In this document: positions 1 through 8,450 of the stretch, one piece after another
Layout of the letters: the number at the start of each line of letters is the position of its first letter
Numbering within the stretch: the stretch's first letter is position 1
Assembly: GCA_002345425.1 (NCBI GenBank)
Contig: DDWA01000019.1
Span: 411 to 64,410, forward strand
Direction of reading: 5' to 3'
DNA from: Bacillales bacterium UBA2298
GTDB lineage: Bacteria; Bacillota_I; Bacilli_A; Izemoplasmatales; Hujiaoplasmataceae
DNA length: 64,000 nucleotides
Made by a program: the position numbers and the translations under genes
The notes under the pieces: model-generated
Seen by the model: the letters and a program-made list of their open reading frames with translations, nothing else
What the model was told of the DNA's origin: nothing
Databases searched by the model: none

Positions 1-475
1 CCAATATCGGAAAACGAATATCAAAACAAATCATGATACCCATTACCCCAAATTCAGTCGCAAATACTCCAATTTCTTCCCCAGGAGATAATACCGCACC
101 TTCATCAAAAGATGAATTATCAGGGTATACCACAGAAAACAAGTTCATTTTACGATATTTTTTGATTAAATCTCCAGAACGATTAAAAATATATGAAGTG
201 TTATAGATATTATTATTAATTTGCTCAGGTACACTCCCACCGATAACATAGGCTTCATATCTTATTGCTATGTCTTTCAACCACTTTACAACTTGAGAAT
301 TATCATTTTGAACATATTCATTGAAAAGGTCGATTTGATAAGGTGTAGTAAACATTTCCGGAAAAACGATAAAATCTAGACGTTCTTTCTTAAAACTTAG
401 CAGAAGATTCTCTAAATTATTCAAACTATCTTTGATTTCTTTAAAAACATCATTTTGAATCAGTAAAAGTTTCAT
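1..475 (-). CDS. Carbon-nitrogen hydrolase (nitrilase superfamily), N-terminal ~158 codons; the 3' end lies outside the window
   Basis: Not in the ORF track because it is open at the window edge. My translation from the ATG (complement of 473-475) reads MKLLLIQNDV...FIVFPEMF...YRKMNLF...GIMICFDIRFP. These are the Glu/Lys/Cys triad contexts of nitrilase-fold amidases. A GGGGGT RBS lies upstream. Confidence 0.7.
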   Translation of the reverse strand, partial: MKLLLIQNDVFKEIKDSLNNLENLLLSFKKERLDFIVFPEMFTTPYQIDLFNEYVQNDNSQVVKWLKDIAIRYEAYVIGGSVPEQINNNIYNTSYIFNRSGDLIKKYRKMNLFSVVYPDNSSFDEGAVLSPGEEIGVFATEFGVMGIMICFDIRFPIL

Positions 476-596
476 GATTCTACCCCCATTCATCTATGAT
501 TAATTCTATCATGAAATCAAATATAAGTAAATTTATTCAAGGATATCATTTCAATATCAAGCGATAATATTGTATAATATTATCTGAGGTAAGACT

Positions 597-1220
597 ATGA
601 AAAAATTCTGTCAATATTGCCAATATGATTATCTAAATGGCGAAATCATAACCACCAATGAAAACTCAATTATCTTTAACACTGATGATGATTTGAAATA
701 TGTATATCAAATCAACGACGGTTATGTCAAAATGGTTAGATATTTAGAAAATGGAGATGAAAAAATTATTGGAATCATGGGTCCTGGCGATTATTTAGCG
801 CTCCTAGCTATTCTCCAAAAGAAAGCTTCTTATCTAGCAACCGCGGTAACATTAACTAAGACAATTCTTAAAAAAATACTTTATAATGAAATTCTTATTG
901 CTTATGAAAAGAATCAAAGTTTTAGAGATCGATGTCTTAATTGTGCTGTTACAAGATCCAAGACCTTTCAAAATTATTTAGTTCAATCAGCTAATATTGA
1001 TGTAAAAGAAAAAATTATCAACACACTAAGAATACTATTCGAAAAATTCGGTTACAGAGAAAAAGGTATACAAATTCTTGATTTACCATTTTCAAAAACA
1101 GTTCTTGCTAATATCATCGGTATTAGAAGGGAAACACTATCAAGAAATTTAAAAAAACTACAAGATGATGAGATAATAAAATTTGAAAAAAATACATATA
1201 TTTTAAATTATGTGATTTAA
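597..1220 (+). CDS. Crp/Fnr-family transcriptional regulator (cNMP-binding-like beta-barrel plus C-terminal HTH)
   Basis: 207 aa. The C-terminal motif TVLANIIGIRRETLSRNLKKL is a typical Crp/Fnr HTH. Two CxxC pairs are present (C5/C8 and C113/C116). A GAGGT RBS precedes the start. Confidence 0.8.
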   Translation: MKKFCQYCQYDYLNGEIITTNENSIIFNTDDDLKYVYQINDGYVKMVRYLENGDEKIIGIMGPGDYLALLAILQKKASYLATAVTLTKTILKKILYNEILIAYEKNQSFRDRCLNCAVTRSKTFQNYLVQSANIDVKEKIINTLRILFEKFGYREKGIQILDLPFSKTVLANIIGIRRETLSRNLKKLQDDEIIKFEKNTYILNYVI

Positions 1221-1226
1221 GTCACA
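1211..1226. promoter_or_regulatory. Perfect CRP/FNR-type palindrome TGTGA-N6-TCACA overlapping the regulator's stop codon, upstream of the first DUF438 gene
   Basis: The sequence is tgtgatttaagtcaca. An extended -10 (tgtTATAAT) lies at 1245-1253, which puts the box centre about 41.5 nt upstream of the expected transcription start (about 1260). Confidence 0.6.
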
Positions 1227-1277
1227 GTAAAACTAACCTCCTTTTGTTATAATCAAGACAATAGGAGGTTTTATATT

Positions 1278-2474
1278 ATGAGTGAAATTATAAATAATTC
1301 AAAAAAAAGACAAGATAAATTAAAAGATTTGATCAAAAAGATCCATGCAGGTATGCCTTTAGATGAGGCTAAAAAACTATTTAAAAAGGATTTTCAGGAA
1401 ATATCAACAGATGAAATAATTACCCTTGAACAAGCTTTAATAGATGAGGGTATGCAAGTGGAAGAGATTCAAAGTCTTTGCGATGTGCATGCCGCTGTCT
1501 TTGATAAGAGTATTTCCGATATTCATAAACCAAAAGACATTACAAGAATCCCTGGGCATCCAGCCAAGGTATTTTCTGATGAAAATAAGCAAATAGAAGA
1601 ATTAATAGAAAATGAATTGGAACCATATCTAGAAAAAACTGATACAACTTCATATTTAATGCTACGAATTGGTATGGACCGTTTAGCGAACATCTCTAAG
1701 CATTATGCTAGAAAAGAATATCTATTCTTCCCAAGTTTAGAGAAAAAAGGCATCGATTCCATTCCTAAAGTTATGTGGGGAGTAGATGATGAAATCAGAG
1801 CTGACATTAAAAAAGCTATAAAAATGCTTGATGACAAAGATGAAAATTTGGACAATATCAAAGCAGCAATAAAAGCAGTGATAATTAGAGTAAAGGATAT
1901 GATAATTAAAGAAGAAAACATTCTTTTACCAAAATTGTCTGATTTAATGAGTTTTTATGACTGGATTATGGCAGATCAAGGTAGCGATGAAATCGGCTAC
2001 TTCATGGAAAAACCGCAAGAAAGCTGGAATGTTGAAGAAAAGAAAGTAGAAACTGAAGAAGCGTTTAACGGTAAAGTTAAATTTGATGCTGGAACTCTCA
2101 ATCAAGCAGAACTTAACGCCATTTTTAATACTCTTCCTTTAGATATGACTTTTGTTGATAAAGATGGTCATGTTAAATACTTTACTCAAGGTAAAGAAAG
2201 AATCTTTGACAGACCGAAAACTGTTATTGGTCGTCATGTTTCTTTATGTCATCCACCTCAAAGCGTTCATATAGTAGAAGATATTATTAATAGTTTCAAA
2301 TCTGGTGAAAAAGATCACGAAGATTTCTACATCAATTTTAAAGGTATGTTTGTTTTTATTCAGTATTATGCTGTAAGAGATAAAGAAAACAACTATTTAG
2401 GAACTCTTGAAATAACTCAAGACATTAAACCGATACAAGCGATAAGTGGCGAGAAAAGGTTAGTTTCTAAATAA
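1278..2474 (+). CDS. DUF438-type protein (hemerythrin-like HHE region plus C-terminal PAS-like domain), paralogue 1
   Basis: 398 aa. It has a GGAGG RBS. Motifs seen: CDVHAAVF, HPAKVF..EN, and C-terminal LPLDMTFVDKDG...CHPPQSV...YYAVRD...ISGEKRL. Confidence 0.65.
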   Translation: MSEIINNSKKRQDKLKDLIKKIHAGMPLDEAKKLFKKDFQEISTDEIITLEQALIDEGMQVEEIQSLCDVHAAVFDKSISDIHKPKDITRIPGHPAKVFSDENKQIEELIENELEPYLEKTDTTSYLMLRIGMDRLANISKHYARKEYLFFPSLEKKGIDSIPKVMWGVDDEIRADIKKAIKMLDDKDENLDNIKAAIKAVIIRVKDMIIKEENILLPKLSDLMSFYDWIMADQGSDEIGYFMEKPQESWNVEEKKVETEEAFNGKVKFDAGTLNQAELNAIFNTLPLDMTFVDKDGHVKYFTQGKERIFDRPKTVIGRHVSLCHPPQSVHIVEDIINSFKSGEKDHEDFYINFKGMFVFIQYYAVRDKENNYLGTLEITQDIKPIQAISGEKRLVSK

Positions 2475-2494
2475 GGAAGATTTTATATTTATCA

Positions 2495-2833
2495 TTGGGA
2501 GTAAAAGCAGTAAGTCTAGGTGTTGTAGGAATTATTTTACCGATTTTACCAACAACACCTTTTTTGCTTTTAGCAACAATCATGTTCTCTAAATCTTCTG
2601 ATAGATTAAATTATAAATTTCAAAACTCAAAACTTTATAAAAAATACTTGGAAGATTTTATTGGAAAAAGGACAATGACTAAAAAAAGAAAATGGACCTT
2701 ATTGATTGGTGTTGATTTAATCTTGTTAGTTTCCTTAATTACTTTAGTAAATCCATATTTAAGAACTATTTTAGTAATATTGTTTCTTGTAAAACATTGG
2801 TATTTTTACAACTATGTTAAAACCAGCGATTAG
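2495..2833 (+). CDS. DUF454/YbaN-family small inner-membrane protein
   Basis: 112 aa with a TTG start. The motif GIILPILPTTPFLLLA..FSKSS.R is the YbaN signature. A second TM segment is present. Confidence 0.6.
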   Translation: MGVKAVSLGVVGIILPILPTTPFLLLATIMFSKSSDRLNYKFQNSKLYKKYLEDFIGKRTMTKKRKWTLLIGVDLILLVSLITLVNPYLRTILVILFLVKHWYFYNYVKTSD

Positions 2834-2932
2834 CGATTATTTTAATTGCTAATCTTTTCTTTATCAACAAGACAAATTTGATTTAAAAATCTCCATATTA
2901 TAGTATAATAATAACGACAGAAAAATTTCGAG

Positions 2933-3850
2933 GTGATTAATTTGGAAAAAGTTTATGATTTAATAATTTTAGGTGCTGGGCCAGGTGGGTTGAGCGCCGC
3001 TATTTATGCTCAAAGAGCCAAGCTAGATTTCTTGCTATTAGAGAAATGGTTACCTGGTGGAGAAATAGCTAATACTTTTGAAGTAGAAAACTATTTAGGT
3101 TTAAATAAACTTAGTGGTATGGAATTAGCTGAAAAAATGGTCAATCATGTCCAGGATTTAGGAGTAAAAATCACTATTGATCCAGCTGTGCAAGTAGATT
3201 TTTCACAACCAATAAAAAAAATAATCACTGAAAATAATGTCTATCTAACTAAAACCGTGATAATTGCTACAGGTGCTAGTGCGAGAAAATTAGGAGTTAC
3301 AGGTGAAAATCGTTTGAATGGATATGGTGTGACTTATTGTGCCACTTGCGATGGATTCTTATACAAAAACAAAGTCGTGGCTGTTATAGGTGGTGGCGAT
3401 GTTGCAGTAGAAGACGCAATCTATCTTTCAAGAATTGCAAAAAAGGTTTATTTAGTCCATCGACGCGATGAATTAAGAGCTGCTAAGTCACTTCAAGAAA
3501 GAATGCTAAATACACCTAATGTAGAAGTTAAGTGGGATAGCACTGTTGAAGAAATTTATGGTGAAAACTTTGTTAAAGGCATAAAAATTAAAAATAAGTT
3601 AACCAACAAAATAGAAGATATTGAAGTAAATGGAGTATTTATTGCTGTTGGAAATAAACCAAATGTTGAATACCTAGGCAATCAAATAGAACTTATCGAA
3701 GGTAATTGGATAAAGACAGATAGCCGTTTAGAAACTAACGTAAAAGGTGTTTATGCAGTCGGTGACATTAGGGACACATATTTACGCCAGATTGCTATGA
3801 GCGTCAGTGATGGAGCTCTAGCAGTTAATTCCTTATCTCATTATTTATAA
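2933..3850 (+). CDS. trxB: Thioredoxin-disulfide reductase
   Basis: 305 aa. It has the FAD motif GAGPGG, the redox-active CATCDG and the NADPH motif GGGDVAVEDA. The GTG start overlaps the GAGGTG RBS, so TTG at 2942 is an alternative start. Confidence 0.9.
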   Translation: MINLEKVYDLIILGAGPGGLSAAIYAQRAKLDFLLLEKWLPGGEIANTFEVENYLGLNKLSGMELAEKMVNHVQDLGVKITIDPAVQVDFSQPIKKIITENNVYLTKTVIIATGASARKLGVTGENRLNGYGVTYCATCDGFLYKNKVVAVIGGGDVAVEDAIYLSRIAKKVYLVHRRDELRAAKSLQERMLNTPNVEVKWDSTVEEIYGENFVKGIKIKNKLTNKIEDIEVNGVFIAVGNKPNVEYLGNQIELIEGNWIKTDSRLETNVKGVYAVGDIRDTYLRQIAMSVSDGALAVNSLSHYL

Positions 3851-3856
3851 ACAACA

Positions 3857-3889
3857 AATCAGCTTAATAAAATTAGCTGATTTTTTTTA
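3857..3889 (+). terminator. Rho-independent terminator after trxB
   Basis: The stem aatcagct/agctgatt is followed by a T8 run. Confidence 0.8.
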
Positions 3890-3977
3890 TCATTTTGTTG
3901 AGATACAGGTAAATATAATCGATTTTTATGATATAATTTTTTTAAAGCTAAAGAAAATTTGTTTGAGGTTATAAGAG

Positions 3978-4598
3978 ATGACGAAAAAAGATATACTAAC
4001 AAAAATATTTAGAATAATTATTATTTTATCTGCAATCATTGGTATTGTTTTAAATGCTTCAAACTCTGTAGAACCGTCAAAACAATTTATTTACTTCACC
4101 TTACAATCAAATGTTTTAGTTGCTATAGTTTATATAATATTAATTTTTTTGAAAAAAGAATCAAGAATATTCAATCTTGTAAAAAATCAAGCGACTGTAG
4201 CGATAATTTTAACTGGTTTAGTTTTTAATTTACTGTTAAGACCAGTAGTAGATGGCTATGATTATAATCCAAATACAATTTCTGATTTTTTAGTACATTC
4301 ATTAACATCATTCTTGGTTTTAATTGATTTTATTTTTTTCACAAACCATGGTAAAATTAAGAAAATTGATCCAGTATATTGGCTTATATTTCCGTTTATC
4401 TATTGGATTTTCACTATTATTTATGTCGCTTTTGGAGGTAATTTTAATGGTGAAACCTATGAATCAAATTACCCATATTTTTTATTAAATTTTAAGGAAT
4501 ACGGAATAGTTTTTTTTCTATTAGTAGTAATTTTTGTTTTAATCATCAGTTACATGCTTTTTTATATTGATAAATTAATGTTTAAACGTCGCAAGTAA
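3978..4598 (+). CDS. Polytopic membrane protein of unknown function
   Basis: 206 aa with about 6 hydrophobic segments. It has a good RBS and start context. No family is recognised with confidence. Confidence 0.5.
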   Translation: MTKKDILTKIFRIIIILSAIIGIVLNASNSVEPSKQFIYFTLQSNVLVAIVYIILIFLKKESRIFNLVKNQATVAIILTGLVFNLLLRPVVDGYDYNPNTISDFLVHSLTSFLVLIDFIFFTNHGKIKKIDPVYWLIFPFIYWIFTIIYVAFGGNFNGETYESNYPYFLLNFKEYGIVFFLLVVIFVLIISYMLFYIDKLMFKRRK

Positions 4599-4612
4599 AG
4601 TAGGAGAAGCAA

Positions 4613-5791
4613 ATGGAAATATTCAAGTATAATCAAGAACGTGTCAAAAAGATAAATCAATTTATGGAAGATTTACTTAGAGCCAAAAACACATCTGAAA
4701 AGGTTAAACTTTATAAAGAATATGAAGATGAAATTGCTAACTTAAATCCTCTAGATATTTTTTATCTAGATTTCTATAGCGATAACACTAAACTATCAAT
4801 ATCAGAAATAAAAGATAGCGCCAATAAATTCGTTAACGTTTTCCATAAGGGCATTAACAATCAAGCTGTTTTGGGCGATCATATTTTATTCAAAGAACTT
4901 TTGGAAGAAAACAAAAGAATCCAACATCACCTAGCAGAAATCAAGAACTATTATAAAAGAGAAGTTATTACCAAACACAAAAAAGAACTGCTGAAAATCT
5001 TTAATCAATGTTTACAATTTGATAAAAAGTTTAACAAATATGAAAATGTTATTTTTCCTAATTTAGAAAGTAAAATCCCTTCAAATAAACCCTTGGAAGT
5101 TTTATGGGAATTACATGATGATTCCAAAGAACTATTAAATAAAATAATTATGCTTTTACAAAATAGAGATAGTATTGAAGAAGATTTAATTAGAGAAATC
5201 GGCACTTACCACTACTTGGTTTTTGGAATCAATCAAAAAGAAGAATTGATTCTTTTACCTGTTATGAGACAGATATTATCCGATAATCAGTTATATAAAA
5301 TTTATAATGAGTGTCTAGAAATCGGATTTGTATTTAGCAACGAATCTCATGAAAAAATTGATTTAGAAGAGAAAGATAATTTTGAAGGCTATTTTACTAG
5401 CAAAACAGGTAAAGTCCCATTTAAGGAATTAATAGCGATGTTAAACCATCTACCTTTTGATATAACTTTTGTTGATAAAGATGATGTGGTTTTATATTAT
5501 AATGACAACAAAACCAGGCATTTTCCAAGGATGCCTTCAGTGATAGGACGTCTTGTGAAAAATTGTCATCCGCCTAAAAGCGTAGAAATAGTAGAAGCTA
5601 TCATCAGAGATTTCAAAGCGAAAAAGAAAGACTTTGAAGATTTTTGGATCAATTTCAAAGGTGAGTTGCTTTACATTGCTTATTATGCGGTTAGAGACGA
5701 TGAGGGAGAATACTTAGGTGTATTAGAAGTATCTCAAGATATTACTAAATTCACCACCATCAGTGGCGAAAAAAGATTACGAAATAGATAA
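4613..5791 (+). CDS. DUF438-type protein (hemerythrin-like plus PAS-like), paralogue 2
   Basis: 392 aa. The C-terminal ~110 aa align by eye with the 1278-2474 product: LPFDITFVDKDD...CHPPKSV...YYAVRD...ISGEKRL. Confidence 0.65.
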   Translation: MEIFKYNQERVKKINQFMEDLLRAKNTSEKVKLYKEYEDEIANLNPLDIFYLDFYSDNTKLSISEIKDSANKFVNVFHKGINNQAVLGDHILFKELLEENKRIQHHLAEIKNYYKREVITKHKKELLKIFNQCLQFDKKFNKYENVIFPNLESKIPSNKPLEVLWELHDDSKELLNKIIMLLQNRDSIEEDLIREIGTYHYLVFGINQKEELILLPVMRQILSDNQLYKIYNECLEIGFVFSNESHEKIDLEEKDNFEGYFTSKTGKVPFKELIAMLNHLPFDITFVDKDDVVLYYNDNKTRHFPRMPSVIGRLVKNCHPPKSVEIVEAIIRDFKAKKKDFEDFWINFKGELLYIAYYAVRDDEGEYLGVLEVSQDITKFTTISGEKRLRNR

Positions 5792-5841
5792 ATAATCAAA
5801 GCCTCTAGATTTGTTTTGTCAGTTAAAATATGTTATAATAT

Positions 5842-5867
5842 AATGATGACTTTGGTCATCATTTTTT
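5842..5867 (+). terminator. Hairpin plus T-run between DUF438-2 and the next gene
   Basis: The stem aatgatgac/gtcatcatt is followed by T6. It lies directly in front of the AAGGAG RBS of the next gene. Confidence 0.55.
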
Positions 5868-5876
5868 CATTAAGGA

Positions 5877-7100
5877 GTGATTGAATTGATAAATATCGGA
5901 AAAACACCGCTTATTAGAGCGGAAAATATCGAAAAAATACTGGGAATAAAAAAATTATACTTAAAACTGGAGGGAAACAATCCGACCAGAAGTAAATACG
6001 ACAGAATAGCTGAAGTTATTGCTAAAGCAGCTCAAGTAAAGAAAAAAAATGCGATTATTATCGACGGTGAAAAACGACTTCTAAGAGCAATGAATTATAT
6101 TTGCCAGCAAGAAAATATTCTATTGCTTGTGCCTAAATATAAAAATGATAATTGGAAAGAAAAGATAGTTGACAAAGATCAATTAATCGATTTGTCAGGT
6201 GTAAAAAAGAATGATCTTTTAGAGGTTTTAAAAAATCTAACGCTTAACAATCAAGCTTTTTTGGTAGACGAAAACTCATATAAACAATTATCGTTAATTG
6301 CTTATGAACAAATAGCTGAAGAAATCCATCTTCGTTATCAAGGTGAGATTGATAGTGTATTCTATCATAGTGATGTAGAAACAAGCTATCATGCATATCA
6401 AAATGTATTTTTAAAGAAACATCTATTAACAGGTGAAAAACTTCCTGAAATTTATGGTTCAAATATCAACAATAATCAAGTCTACCCTGAAGAAAATCTC
6501 GTGGTAATTGATGATGCATTATTAGTTGAAGCGACTACCCTATTACAAAAATACGAACATCTTAAAGTTAAACAAAAAGACGTCGCACCGTTCGCAGCTT
6601 TTTTAAAAAGTTTAAGAGCTGGAAAAATAAGTGAAGGAAGACATGTTATTGTTTTAGACACAGCTAGAAGTAGAATTAATATTAATCAAATCACTGATTT
6701 TTCAACTCTTTCTAAAAACGAATTAGTTGATTACGTCGATAATTATTTAGATCAATATTCAGATTCGAAAACTGAAGCTTTAGAAGCGATTGAACTTGCA
6801 GTTGAAAATGGATACATCTTGACAGCTTCAAGAGGAGAAGAAATTGATGGTGTATTAGTTATAGTCCATATGGGGTTTGAAAAGTTTATTCCAACATATC
6901 ATTTAGCTTACATTGGCATCAATCCCAACAGTAAAGGCCGTGGCCTTGGTTCTGAGTTGATTAAAGAAGCTATCAACTTAACAAACGGTAATATTTCTTT
7001 ACATGTTGATTTAGATAATAAGAATGCTAAAAGGTTATATAAAAAAATGGGATTTGCCCACGTTTATGATCGAATGATCTATCAAAGAACAGAAAAATAG
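5877..7100 (+). CDS. Fusion protein: degenerate PLP-dependent (Trp-synthase-beta/CysK-like) fold at the N-terminus plus a C-terminal GNAT acetyltransferase
   Basis: 407 aa. The N-terminus GKTPLIR...LKLEGNNPTRSKYDRIAEVI resembles the CysK motif NPxGSxKDR, but the Lys position is Tyr. The C-terminus has the GNAT motif GINPNSKGRGLGSELI...AKRLYKKMGF. TTG at 5886 is probably the true start. Confidence 0.55.
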   Translation: MIELINIGKTPLIRAENIEKILGIKKLYLKLEGNNPTRSKYDRIAEVIAKAAQVKKKNAIIIDGEKRLLRAMNYICQQENILLLVPKYKNDNWKEKIVDKDQLIDLSGVKKNDLLEVLKNLTLNNQAFLVDENSYKQLSLIAYEQIAEEIHLRYQGEIDSVFYHSDVETSYHAYQNVFLKKHLLTGEKLPEIYGSNINNNQVYPEENLVVIDDALLVEATTLLQKYEHLKVKQKDVAPFAAFLKSLRAGKISEGRHVIVLDTARSRININQITDFSTLSKNELVDYVDNYLDQYSDSKTEALEAIELAVENGYILTASRGEEIDGVLVIVHMGFEKFIPTYHLAYIGINPNSKGRGLGSELIKEAINLTNGNISLHVDLDNKNAKRLYKKMGFAHVYDRMIYQRTEK

Positions 7101-7154
7101 ATTTTTTAGTGTTTTTTAATTAATTTTAGAGTATAATAATTTCGGTGAATATTT

Positions 7155-8450
7155 ATGATTAAAACAGATTTTTTTAGAAGTATCGGTTATCTTGTAATCT
7201 TAAGTATTATTACAACAGTAATTTGGTACTTCGGTCTAGAACATATTGGTATAACGGTCTTTGCCGGTATAGCTATTGCAATTCTCATTGTTAATAAAAA
7301 TGGTATCGCAGTTATACCATTTTTTCTAAATATGTTATTTATGATAAGTCAAACCGAATGGTCTTTGACCCTAATTCCCAATTACTTATTCATTGCACCG
7401 ATTGCTTTGATACTTGGTTTCATCATTCACGTTATTAGATTTAGACCATCAGCCTTCTTTAATGGAAAGTTGACAAGACCATTAGTATTGTTGTTCTTAT
7501 CAATGCTTTTAACTATGTATACGATAGATTCTATCAGTCTTATTTATGCTTTTTACTTTGTAATCGGGCTCTTCTTCATGTTTGTTTATTTTTTCTTTAG
7601 AAGTTCACTTACAGGTGATAATTTAAAATATCTGATTAGACTATTCGCGATTACCGGGATTATGATATCAATTCAAGTACTAATCTTTTATTTAAGAGTC
7701 GATGATGTTGTAATGGCGCTTAAAACAAAAAACCTTGATTTAGGTTGGGGTATATCAAACTTCGTTGCTACTTATTTAATTATCTTTATTTCAGCCATGT
7801 TTTACTTTATGAAAAAGTATAAATTTCATATTTTTTGGGTAATTGTCGCTGCATTTGAAATACTGGCTTTGGTTTTCACGCTTTCACGCGGTGGAATTTT
7901 AGCTTTTTCAATTACTTTTATATTCCTGTTAATTTATCTTTTCTATGGATACGAGCATAAAGTTAAAATGGCAATCAATCTAGTAGTTGCTTTGCTAATA
8001 CTAGCTTCCTTTGTCTATTTCAAAATTGATTATTTTATTACAATATGGGAACGTTTATTTGCTGATTTCTTCGCTGATAACGGACGTTTTGATTTATGGG
8101 TAGAAGCCTTTGAAAAATTTAAAGCTCATCCATTATTCGGATCAGGTTTGTTTGCTAGGGTTAGTAATGATTATTTCGGCTTATATCACAACACAATTAT
8201 TCATACAGCCGCTACTTTAGGCTTAGTCGGTTTAACATCACTTATATGGCAGTTTGTAGTAATTATCAAAATTTTCGTCCATAAACTCACTCTAGAGAAA
8301 GCGATTTTGTTTATCGCGTTAATTGGCGCTAACATTCATGGTATGGTTGACAATGTCTATTATATGCCTCAATTTATGATTATCTTCTTTATTATCATAG
8401 CTGCAGTTGAAAACCATGATGAGGCTTTGTTAGAGGTGGAAGTAGCATGA
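7155..8450 (+). CDS. O-antigen-ligase/Wzy_C-like polytopic membrane protein
   Basis: 431 aa with at least 10 TM segments. It has the motif LSRGGILAF and a late loop FGSGLF...YHNTIIH typical of the O-antigen ligase family. Confidence 0.55.
   Translation: MIKTDFFRSIGYLVILSIITTVIWYFGLEHIGITVFAGIAIAILIVNKNGIAVIPFFLNMLFMISQTEWSLTLIPNYLFIAPIALILGFIIHVIRFRPSAFFNGKLTRPLVLLFLSMLLTMYTIDSISLIYAFYFVIGLFFMFVYFFFRSSLTGDNLKYLIRLFAITGIMISIQVLIFYLRVDDVVMALKTKNLDLGWGISNFVATYLIIFISAMFYFMKKYKFHIFWVIVAAFEILALVFTLSRGGILAFSITFIFLLIYLFYGYEHKVKMAINLVVALLILASFVYFKIDYFITIWERLFADFFADNGRFDLWVEAFEKFKAHPLFGSGLFARVSNDYFGLYHNTIIHTAATLGLVGLTSLIWQFVVIIKIFVHKLTLEKAILFIALIGANIHGMVDNVYYMPQFMIIFFIIIAAVENHDEALLEVEVA

Noticed and set aside
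5800-5841. A promoter-like TTGTTT-17-TATAAT directly upstream of the 5842-5867 hairpin, which could make that hairpin an attenuator of the PLP-fold/GNAT gene.
   Set aside because: The -35 hexamer is poor. The hairpin is equally well explained as the terminator of the preceding DUF438 gene. The two readings cannot be distinguished from sequence alone.
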